Assembly (NCBI RefSeq): GCF_041956535.1
Contig: NW_027192201.1
Location: 160,060-224,059 of the forward strand
Reading direction: 5' to 3'
Source: Calcarisporiella thermophila CBS 279.70
Lineage: Eukaryota > Fungi > Calcarisporiellomycota
DNA: 64,000 nt
Shown here: piece by piece, positions 13,024-22,773 of the stretch
Layout of the letters: each line of letters begins with the position of its first letter
Position numbering within the stretch: position 1 is the first letter of the stretch
The notes under the pieces: generated by a model
Told to the model about the DNA's origin: nothing
The model's database searches: none
What the model saw: the letters and a program-made list of their open reading frames with translations, nothing else
Program-made: the position numbers and the translations under genes

Positions 13024-13848
13024 CTAGCTGAATGACCACGAGATGGGGACCCGGCCTTGGGCGGCATCGGCGATCTTGTTGAAGGCAGCCGGAGAGAGAT
13101 CCAGGTCTCCGGATTTGCATCCCGGACACTTGTCGACAATCGTCACGGTGACGGAGCCCTTGGGGCCTTTGACGGTGGCGCGCTTACCGCACACGGGCGA
13201 GTTGTTGTTGCCGCCTCCGAACTGAGGAGCGTTGAGAGCCGCAACCAATTCCTTGTCGTTGTTGGTTTTTCCGCAAGCCCCGAGACCGACGTTATAGAAA
13301 GTACCGTCGCCGCTGAACTGGCCGCCGCTGGGCTTGCCGTTGGCCTTGTTTTTGCCCTTGCCGGCCGCGTTGTCCTCGGCGCCATCCTTGGGCTTCTGCT
13401 TGTTCCCCTTTGCCTGCTCTTTGCCGGTCTGGGGATCAGAATTGCCCTTATTCTTGCCGCCGTTGGTAGCGTTATTGCCCTTGTTTTTCTTCTTGGTTTC
13501 GGCATTCTGGGCCTTGTTCTTCTGCTTTTCGTTCTTGGGCTTCTTCTGCTGCTTCTCCTGGGCGTTAGGATTCTTCTCATCGTCGGCCTTCTTAGCGCGC
13601 TTTTCCAAGAAGAGAGCCTCCTCCTGAGGCGCGGCAGGGATGCCGTTCACATCAGAAACAAGATTCTTTTCCAATTCCCGTCGAACAATGGCCGCGATGG
13701 CTTGTCGGACCTGCCGACGCACAATCTCAGCGAAAGCTTCGCGCTCGGAGAGCGCGAGGTCTTGGGCGACGGGACGGATGGGAGCGGCCTGGACGGCGAA
13801 GAGCGAGAGAGCAAGAAGCAAGAAGAGAGAGAAAAGGTTGGAGTTCAT
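13024..13848 (-). CDS. Secreted RlpA-like double-psi beta-barrel (expansin/loosenin-like) protein
   Basis: ATG 13848 gives a signal peptide (MNSNLFSLFLLLALSLFAVQA). Propeptide with dibasic sites (RR, LEKR) and a K/N/Q/G-rich linker. C-terminal DPBB: GDGTFYNVGLGACG...VAALN...CGK...VTIVDKCPGC...DLDLSPAAF...GRVPISW. TATA-like at ~14109-14118. Confidence 0.9.
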   Translation of the reverse strand: MNSNLFSLFLLLALSLFAVQAAPIRPVAQDLALSEREAFAEIVRRQVRQAIAAIVRRELEKNLVSDVNGIPAAPQEEALFLEKRAKKADDEKNPNAQEKQQKKPKNEKQKNKAQNAETKKKNKGNNATNGGKNKGNSDPQTGKEQAKGNKQKPKDGAEDNAAGKGKNKANGKPSGGQFSGDGTFYNVGLGACGKTNNDKELVAALNAPQFGGGNNNSPVCGKRATVKGPKGSVTVTIVDKCPGCKSGDLDLSPAAFNKIADAAQGRVPISWSFS

Positions 13849-14890
13849 ATTCAAGATGGATTTTGTGTATGAAAGAGGGGAATGGTGATGGAAATAATCG
13901 GATGAGAATTCTAGAAAGCTCTTGCCAGAAGAGTGAGAGAGTAGTAGAGGATAGGGGAGCAGACGCGGGTGTAGAGAAGCGGGATTCTTAGCCAGAAGAA
14001 CCGTAGGAGTAACCGTAGCCAGACGGGATGAGGCGAGAGAAAGCTGGGAAAGAGAGGGAGGGAGGGTAGGTCTTGGGTGCAAGCGGGCGGGACTGGGCGG
14101 CCCGGCAGATATATATAACCTGGCGTTGCAGCTGCGAGCACAACTCTAATTTCCAAGCAAGCGGTGGAACCTTAAGCTGGCGAATCAGCGCCGCGTTTCA
14201 TATCAATACTTCAGATTGTCTCGTTTTCATCGCCGCTTTTTCTCACCCCTTGGCCGAATGAGGCCGGCCGGCCGCGCTTCGAGAAAAATCGGCTTTCTAT
14301 TTCGCGCGGCCGCTCCATTGGTGCCGGGATTTGATACTCCGTGCGCTGGCGAATCAGCGTGGCGGCACACGCCGGGAACCTCTACAGCGGGGACTGAGCT
14401 CGTGCGAAAAAGTCCTCCAAGCTCTAAATTAAGGGGGCGTGAATTCATCCTTAAGGAAGGGCGGCTTAGACGCAGTGACATGGCTCACCGAAATCTCCCT
14501 ATTCGCTGCTGGGCCCCTTGCCACACTCTTACTGCATCGCGTAAGGAGAATGGCTGAGCTCGAATGCATCACGAAATCGAAGATGCAGCTCGGCTCTGAT
14601 GGCAGCTCAATAACCAACTGAGAATGCACTCCCGCGTGAAGACTGGATACCGCACAGTCACTTTCACGGCCCAGTATAATGACCAAGTTAAGACGAAGTT
14701 AGATTCAGAAACTTGGCTTCAGAGTTCCAACCCTCCAATCAATTAGAAGAAATCAGAGCCTATCCCCTAAATTTCACCCAGCAATCTCCCTTTTCTCCAT
14801 TATGAAAACGTGACGTCTTTTCAGAGGTATCGGAATTAATACTCACCTTTCGCGTTCCCAATTTATCAAAAGGAGCAGATATTTAGTAGA

Positions 14891-16833
14891 ATGGCTCAAG
14901 ACCCCTCGCTGAACACAGACGCTTCCGAGACGGGCGTCGACTCCTCCGAAATTTTGCACAAAGGCGATGAGCGAAATCGGCTAAAGCGACCCAATGTTGC
15001 AAATGAAGAACAAAGTAGTACTAAGGTGTCCTCGGATGTAGTGGCGGTTTTTGTGTCGAAATTTGACACGAACAAGGGCAACATCGTCGAATGGCAATAC
15101 CCTGCTGGTAAGCACCAGAAACAGCCACATTGAGATGGGATGCTTTCAGGCTGATTGAGATTCTTGCGCCTGATATTAGATGTGGATTTAAGTGGCATTG
15201 AATTCAAGTCCCTACCTAGTGGATTACATGCTATCGACACTGATATCATGTAAGCAACTTAGCCCAATGTCCTGTAGCTGAATCATGGATGTAATCTTTC
15301 ATTCATAGCTACTTCATCCAGGCACCGTACGTCGGCATCTGTGCATTTCAAAACCAGCCCATCCAAGAGGAGCGTGGCGCACGGATGCGCTCTGTCGGTT
15401 TGCTGGTTCAGCCCACCTCTGCATCTGCCTGTGGAGATGTGTGGAGACATTTAGATTTCTTAAAGGCTCAAATACCTAAACTTGTCAAGGTTGATAAGCT
15501 CGACTCGCGACCTTTAGAGGAGTATTACACGAGGCATCGATTGAATATTGCGGAGGAATCATCATTCAATAAGGAACCACAAGAGGACACGGTGGATAAA
15601 CAAAGCATCGCCTCGGAAATAAAAAACTTTTTCACGATGGTAAGAGCAGCTCTCTTTTCTCCACTCAATAACCTGAGCTATATTCCTGTACTTTCGTCCA
15701 GCCCTCCCATCCTGCACACCAGTTCAGCAAGCTGGTCCACGCGATGGGTCCCTCCATTTTTTCTCTGTGGAAAGCGGTCTTGCTGCAAAAAAAAATCATA
15801 TTCTACACGACACCTCCTCTCGAAGATGCTTGCCATTACGGTATGATACTTGACCTTTTTTTTTATTGTTCATCCTCTTCGTCGCATCCATGCCAACCTT
15901 CCGTTTTGCATTCTAGTATATGGCACGTCCCTCCTGGCTACTGAATCCCATAACGATCGCCTGATATCCAATATTCGAGAGAAAATCAAACTCATCTTTA
16001 CCGTCACCGTCAATGAAATCGAATTCCTGTCCGCTACGGAGCACGGATATGCCGCCTGTATGTACAGTATTGCATCTTTTCCCTCTAACTCACTCCACAA
16101 CTCTTGATTCCGTCTTTAATTAGGCACCAGTGACAAAATTTATCACCTCAAATCTCAGATCTATGACTTATGTGTGAATCTCCCCACATCACCCGCCTCT
16201 GGCCCCGAGCTGGTGTTCAGCCCCAGCATGCACCATCTAAATCTTAACTGGCTTAATGTAGGCGACATTCAGCGCTACAACGAGCTACGTGAAATACTCG
16301 AAGAAACTCGCTCTAACCCCGGAATTCAAAAGAAGGGGCTTGCGCCCAAATTGCAGAGAGCCTTGATGAAGGGGTGGCGGTGGTGGTGGGGGATAGAAGA
16401 GACTTCCCAAGGTAGCGAAAATAATAAGAAGGAAGAACGACAACCACTGTTGGAGCAAGATGGAGAATCCTCCCCCGATAAAGCCAAAGGAGAAACTCTA
16501 GACAGAACGATGGAAGAAAATCTTATCCACTTCTTCCTGGATCTGAATACCCAGCTTCTCACCAAGCTACAAAATTGGGTGGATGAAACTCTGGAGTCTG
16601 AGCCGAACGAGTCCATTCTCTATCTACGATCCGACCAGGTTCGAGACCTAGGCCTTGACCCTTGGCATGATCGCACCTTCCTCACCGAGTTGTCTCAAAC
16701 CTACTTTAAGAAGAAAATCATGGTAACGGATCAGAGCTGGTGGTCTCGTTTGAGGGATGAGTGCATAGTCGCACTATGGTGGATGCTCGAATACATGCAC
16801 AGCTACTTTGGAACCGGTGCTATACAAATTTAG
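14891..16833 (+). CDS. DENND11: DENN-domain protein, DENND11 (LCHN)/Anr2 family (multi-exon)
   Basis: Spliced product [39 protein letters not shown]...YF...EERGARMRSVGLL; later GPSIFSLWKAVLLQKKIIFY and GYAACTSDKIY. Matches the recalled LCHN/Anr2 uDENN-DENN pattern. Confidence 0.82.
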
Positions 16834-17107
16834 AAAAAAAGGGATTTGCCTTTTTGAGATAAGGGCCATTTCCATTTGACTGTTCTTTATTTTTGATGTC
16901 ACTTAGTGTAAAGCCAAGATATATATATAAATCACTCTAAAATATACAAACAAAACTAAGGTAAAGAAGAGGGTAAGCCCTGAGGTTATAGAAATGGTAG
17001 AGTCCGAGAGCGCTTCGAGTATCTTTCAAAATATATAAATAGTCTTTACGAGGGTGGGAGGAGGGGGGGGTACAGATCCCTATACAAAATCTTGCACTAC
17101 ATCAAGT

Positions 17108-18004
17108 TTACAGGCGTTGGGCAACTACAACCGAATTCACGACATTGGTGTGAGGATGCACGACAAGCAGAGTTCGAAAATGGGTTTCTAGATCTTCCGG
17201 TTCTACGACCGGGTAGAGAAGAGTTCTCAGCCCGTGCGCGCTCCTAAGCAATACATAGGTTCCAGAACGTGTACACTGCGACAAATGCTCCACAAATCGC
17301 CGCTTTTCTTCTCGCGTCTTCCCGACTAGTGCCGCCAAAATCACCAAATCGGCGTCGCGTAAATCCTCGTAATCCAATGCATCTGCATTGTGGAAGTTCA
17401 TTTCCTGGACCCCTATGCTCTGCGCAACCCCAGCTCCCAGTTTGCAGGCCTCCGAATCCAGATCCACGTTATCGACACGGATATCTGGAAAATGTTTCTG
17501 CAGCAGGATGGACGTGAGTGGCAGTGGCCCTGAGCCAATGAACACGGCCCGCCTCCAGCGTGTGACTCTGTCCCCTGCTACGGCTTCAAGGGCATGGACC
17601 TCCATGCGCGTTAAATCGACGTAGTTACCATAGTACGGAAACTCCTCCACCCCACTCCCATCGCATATCCTCCGTGCCCAGTGCCGTTCCAGGCGGAACT
17701 CACCTTCCGAACAGAGAGGCTGCAGTTTTTTGGTCAGGACATGAAAGAGCGGCTCCTTGATGAGCTGACGCGTGAGAGGGTACGGGCGGATACAAAATGT
17801 GACCAGCTGAGTAAACAGCGCGTTGACAACCTCGCAGGGCTCAAGCGATGACTGTCGCGCTAGTTCACTATGCACATGTTCAATCTCATGGAGAAGAGCG
17901 GCAACCTGTTTCTGCTGCTCATCATGGGCTGTGGGCGCATCTTTTTGGAGGGGTGGGAAGGAGAAGATGGAGGTGGGAACATCGAGGATGGTGGGGTGAG
18001 TCAT
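17108..18004 (-). CDS. NAS: Nicotianamine synthase (intronless)
   Basis: 298 aa. NAS motifs VNALFTQLV, LCSEGEFRLERHWA, FPYYGNYVDL (YxxN/Y), FIGSGPLPLTS (SAM binding), ILAALVG..EK, RSAHGLRTLLYPVV, VHP...VVNSVVVA. Confidence 0.93.
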   Translation of the reverse strand: MTHPTILDVPTSIFSFPPLQKDAPTAHDEQQKQVAALLHEIEHVHSELARQSSLEPCEVVNALFTQLVTFCIRPYPLTRQLIKEPLFHVLTKKLQPLCSEGEFRLERHWARRICDGSGVEEFPYYGNYVDLTRMEVHALEAVAGDRVTRWRRAVFIGSGPLPLTSILLQKHFPDIRVDNVDLDSEACKLGAGVAQSIGVQEMNFHNADALDYEDLRDADLVILAALVGKTREEKRRFVEHLSQCTRSGTYVLLRSAHGLRTLLYPVVEPEDLETHFRTLLVVHPHTNVVNSVVVAQRL

Positions 18005-20176
18005 AGTGTATAATTCGGGATCTTGTCCCTTTTCTACTAGCCGCGGAGTAGAGGATGAATTAGAGAAGGGGGAATGGGAATACTCTTTTTATAGAATTAA
18101 TAGAAAAAAAAATCAAGAAAAATCAAAATTAAACAATTAGAGGTCCGAAATTGGTCAGTGACAAGCGCAGGGTTGCGGAATTTCCTAAGGAAATAATCTT
18201 CTAATGACTAGCAAAGATGAAAGATTGCCTTAGCAAGGGAAAGGGGGAGAACTCAAATGGGCAGTTTGCATGGGCGGAACAAATAGATCGATGAAGATGA
18301 TGGCGGGTGGAGATGCTGAATAAAAAAAGTGGAATGATTTTATTTTTTAGCACGCACCGAGCCATATGAATCAAACTTATTCTCCATTATCAAATCCCCA
18401 TCAGCATCAAGTCATCGGAACCCAAATAGGGCCGATTTTCATTCCCCCGCGTATTACAAGCAAGATCCACACCTGACCCTCCACCATGCTTCCAATCTCA
18501 AATCTTCAAAGCACACTGAGAAAGCAATTTCACTTCTCGTGGTGTTTTCCCCGGCCGCAGAAAAAGAAAACAAAGCCATGATGAGCCGATTGTGGGCGAG
18601 CATTGCCAATGCAAGTCATGGATCGTTTATTTCGTTGTTTTGAATTCATCATGGTAGGGGAGGGAAAGCAGCACGCCTACGCTGCTTTTTATTATCACCA
18701 AGCCATGCCACAGCTCATTTTCCCCCTCATCATGCGGGAAGGCACTCAGATCAGAGACAGCTGCACCACCTCTGTTTTCCTAGCGAGTTTTTTCAAGGAA
18801 GAGCCACATCTCTCCTCAAGTTTTGTGCAAGTTTTCCGCGCAGATTGCTCCAATGTAGGCTCGGTTCCACTAATGCGCGGCTGAACTTGGCTTGTTCTAG
18901 TCCGATCGGAAGCACCTTTGATCTCTTCGAACCCAAAAACATTAAAATAGGAGATGCAGATGTAGGTTGTGTATTCATAATATACACCCAATAGGATGAC
19001 TCGAGCTTGTACCATCCATCTCGCCTCTCTATGCTTCGATATGGCATTTATTATCGACTTTTTTGTAGACGTGGTGTAGCATCACTGCGTATTGTGCTTA
19101 TGGTGAAGCTTTACGATCCGAGATAACCTTCGTGGTCCTCATTACTAGCACCCTTCCATCAAGATTTTCAATGTGCAATTTTCCGAAAATAGAAAATTCT
19201 CGGCAGATCGTTTAGCTCCCTCAGGAGAGTATGGACCGCCCATCGGAGATAGCCATGGTATGCACGCCCCATAAACTAACGCGTATAGCAAGCGCTCTAG
19301 ATGTAGGCCGACACAAGGGTCCGTTTGTAAGTGGTAATACTTTGGATCCGTGGTAGAACAATCATTTGGAGAATGTAGAGTATATCCTAAGAATTATTAA
19401 TCGAGATGAGTTAAAAAAAACTTGGATAAAGCAAAGTATCTAGTGGCAGAATTGCATGAGACACTTCAATTAGGATCTAATGTGGTTAGTAAATACGGAT
19501 CTACTAGTTTGACAATTTCACTGATGGCCATCAAGGCCATCCAATTTAAAATTCCGAGAAGAAGTCATCGAACAAAGATAACCACAATTAGTATCCCAAG
19601 AGAAAAATGTAATAAACTACAGCGGCTGGGATGTGAAAATTGGCTCCACACTCAAAGATCCACTCAAACTTATCCCTCCAGCTAATATCTATGTAGCTAG
19701 GTCCTCTATATAGACTGGGGTAGGATGATAGACCTAAATTTTGGTATTGTTGCCATTAGATCCACGGGAATAATATTCAGAGAGACATTCAGGTAAACTA
19801 GTGGGTTAATTTTATATTATCTCTGCCATTATATTCTGTACTGTATACCATCAAATGTTTGTTTAGGGCAATATTCGATTCAAAGCACGAATATAAGGGA
19901 AAATGATGAAAGACATGCGAAACCCCCTCTCATTATCGCGTGTATACTGTGAGAGGAAGCTCATTTTCATAAGGTTTCTAGTGTGGTCGAAAACGCAAGC
20001 TTTTTTGGATACCCATTATCTCAATATATGTTTTTTCCAAAGTGCACATGGTTAGGCACGTCCAATCAGAATTCAACATCATGGGAAAAAATTTTGGTGT
20101 ATTGTTTCCTCAGGTACTTTCATTTTCAACTCTACCAAGAAATAGTAGCATCCTTGAAGGGCATCCTATCGCTCCA

Positions 20177-20857
20177 ATGTCCATTTCAGCCCATGATACC
20201 AATGCTCTTGTAATCTCATATATATACGCTACATCACTTCTCATCACAGGGGAGCTGCTCTACCGATTTCTTCGCTGGCCGCGGTGGATCACGCGCAAGT
20301 TTGTGCATATCTTTGCGGGTCTATGGGTCTGGTTCTGCATCATGGCCTTTGAATCCAAGCTCATCGGCCTAATTCCCTTCATAACATTTATACCCATGAA
20401 TCTCTTTCTGGTTTACGTGTCGATATTCCGCAGTATTGGCTCCAAAGATCGAAATTTTGGCACTGTTTATTTCGCAATCTCAATTGCATCTCTGCTCTAC
20501 TTCTTCCAGGACCGACAACATCTGGCCATGGTTGGAATTATGGATATGACCTTGGGCGATGCGGTAGCTTGCTTGGTCGGGACCAGTGTGAAAGCTTGGA
20601 GAGCGAAGAAATATGAGAAAAAGGAGACGAAGGGAAAAACTCTGGTTGGATCCTTGGCGTGTGCGGTGGCGTGTTTTTGGGCGAGCATGTTCACGCTCTG
20701 GGCAATGCACTATCCGGGCGGTGCGTGGTCATATCTTTTGCTGAGCGTGGTGAGCATGCTGGTAGGAACAATTGTAGAAGCTTGCTCCCCTCCCGGGATG
20801 GATAATTTGTTCATGCCTATCCTGGTAACCACCAGCTTATGGCTACTCGGTTTTTGA
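20177..20857 (+). CDS. CTP-dependent polyprenol/phytol/diacylglycerol kinase family membrane protein, bacterial-like (intronless)
   Basis: First in-frame ATG with a sensible N-terminus is 20177 (226 aa). Multi-pass hydrophobic protein with TRKFVHI.AG, GTVYFA, MTLGDAVACLVG, KTLVGS and EACSPPGMDNLFMP, the CTP_transf_1/dolichol-phytol kinase signature. Confidence 0.85.
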   Translation: MSISAHDTNALVISYIYATSLLITGELLYRFLRWPRWITRKFVHIFAGLWVWFCIMAFESKLIGLIPFITFIPMNLFLVYVSIFRSIGSKDRNFGTVYFAISIASLLYFFQDRQHLAMVGIMDMTLGDAVACLVGTSVKAWRAKKYEKKETKGKTLVGSLACAVACFWASMFTLWAMHYPGGAWSYLLLSVVSMLVGTIVEACSPPGMDNLFMPILVTTSLWLLGF

Positions 20858-21120
20858 AGAAATAAACAGGCCCTTTCTGGTGTTGGTTATCCCTTGTCCT
20901 CTCGCGGAAATGCCGTTTAGAGGATAGAAGAAATCGCGACCCGATTTTATGGTAGTTTTTTCATTATTCACTTCTTAGATTGAAACATTTGTGACGGGTA
21001 TGTGTTGATTGGCTTTTTGAAGTAAACAAACGTGACCGTCTATCGGACCCAAAGGACAAGCGAAACCCTCGAACTCATACCTAGTTGCTTTTGCTTCATT
21101 CTTCCATACACACTCCAACC

Positions 21121-22621
21121 ATGGCGAGCAAACTTGATCTTAAACAAGTCGAAACTGCCGCCTCCGCCCTCCTTAAATTTGTGAACGATCGTAAGAGTAG
21201 TTCAAATGACATTTTACAGGATGAGGAGGAGTTCGTTTTCCTTACCGTGTCTACCCACCGCTTTATCCCCAAGAAAAAGGCGAAGCCTATTGCCATGTAA
21301 TTCCGACCTTGTTGAGGGTGGTGGGTTTGTACTTATGTTTTTTTTTATTAGTCCGTTAAGGCATCCGATTTATGTTCCTGAGAGGACGGAAGTATGTCTC
21401 ATCACCAAAGACCCGAGCAGTGAATATGAGCAAAAGTTGGAGGACCAAGGAGCTAGCAAACGAGTGAGCAAGGTATTTTAGTTCAGAATGAAATCTTATT
21501 TTCTGGGCCCATTTCTAAATGCCATCATTTTGCCCGATTCAGGTTCTTGGCCTGGAGACTTTGCGTAAAGAATACAAGCCCCATGAAGCGAAGCGGAATC
21601 TATTCAAGTCCTATGGCCTTTTCCTTGCAGACAGAAGAGTGCTACCGCTATTGCCCAAGCTGTTGGGAAAGAAATTTTTTGAGAGCAACGCGTAAGTATC
21701 CTTTTGCACGCCGCTGGCTTTCATTATCTTGCAGCCAATTTTTCGCCTAACTGATTATCTTCGCTCTAGGCTTCCAGGCACCGTGAAGCTGACAAAAACA
21801 GATGTCAAATCCGAAATCGAGCGTGCCATGAACAGCACTTACCTCCACATGTCAACGGGAACCACTCTGTAAGTTTAGTGTCTTTTAATGGAAAATAGCC
21901 AACACCACACGAATTTTAATCAATCTCGTCTGTTTCTTCTATTCTCCCATAAAGCTCCATCAAAGTCGGTACCACCAACTTTACTCCGGCCCAAATTCGC
22001 GAGAACGTCGACAAAATTCTCCCTCGTCTAACCGCCAGTATTCCTAAGCAATGGGCAGGAATCCAGCGACTTTCGTTGAAGACAGGCAAATCGCCAGCTC
22101 TGCCAATCTACAAAGCTTTGCCCGCTAATCCAAAAGCGAATGGATCCGGAGAGGAAGAGAAGGGAAGTGAAGAGTCAAAATCGGTTGAAGAAAAAAAGGA
22201 GAGTAAAGAGGAAAATTCAAAGAAGGCAAAGGAAGGAACTTTGAACGAGAAAAAGACTACAGCGAAGGTGGAGACCAAGAAAGCAGAGAATAAGAAAACG
22301 GAAAAGGCACCGACTAAGAAAGAGGAGAAGCCATCTGCTAAGCAGGAGGAGAAACCCAAGAAGAGAGAAGAAGCGGCTCCTGAAAAGAAAGAGACAAAAC
22401 CGACTGAGGCTAAGGAGGAGAAGATGCAGCCTAAAGCAGGGAAAAAGACGCCCGCCAAGAAAGACCAAGTCACACCTGCAAAGGTCTCCGAGAAGAGCAC
22501 ATCGAAAACCCCCGAAAAGCGAAAGGCACCCGTCGCTGAAAAGACCTCCAAGAGTGAAGGAAAGCAGACAGCTAAAAAGGGAGCAGAAGAATCAGAGAGA
22601 AAAAAGCGAAAGAAGGCATAA
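21121..22621 (+). CDS. RSL1D1: Ribosomal L1 domain-containing protein (RSL1D1/Cic1/Utp30 family)
   Basis: Five exons. Motifs PLRHPIY...EVCLITKDP, KVLGLETLRKEYKPHEAKRNL, FLADRRVLPLLPKLLGKKFF, IKVG, KTGKSPALPIY. Long K/E-rich tail ending in an NLS-like RKKRKKA. Confidence 0.88.
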
Positions 22622-22773
22622 TTGGACGTTATTTTTTCCTACTGTTATTTTGTAATAAATTTTTTTCTTTGCAAATCCGTACTCTTACGTTTCTCAAGTA
22701 GTGCTATATGTGACTGTCTGAAACTAGAGAACGAGGACAGTATTCTCTCGATGAAATTTCGGATCAATAGATC

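Noticed and set aside
11470-13848. Elevated GC in the last ACO1 exon and the RlpA-like gene as a sign of foreign DNA
   Set aside because: ACO1 is a typical spliced mitochondrial aconitase; high-expression codon bias explains the GC.
13849-14082. N-terminal extensions in the ORF track from TTG/GTG starts (also 20042, 33287, 51714, 1956)
   Set aside because: The ORF finder allowed bacterial-style starts; downstream ATGs give proper signal peptides or family-typical N-termini.
10005-18004. An iron-homeostasis cluster (aconitase + NAS)
   Set aside because: Separated by two unrelated genes; no transporter or shared motif found.
19903-19980. Other RTGATGA box-C-like words (18578, 19903, 33581, 39040)
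   Set aside because: No suitably placed CTGA box D and no rRNA-complementary guide.
20151-20161. TCCTTGAAGGG, resembling the Zap1 zinc-responsive element ACCTTNAAGGT
   Set aside because: Only a 9/11 match, under 30 nt from the kinase ATG and over 2 kb from NAS.
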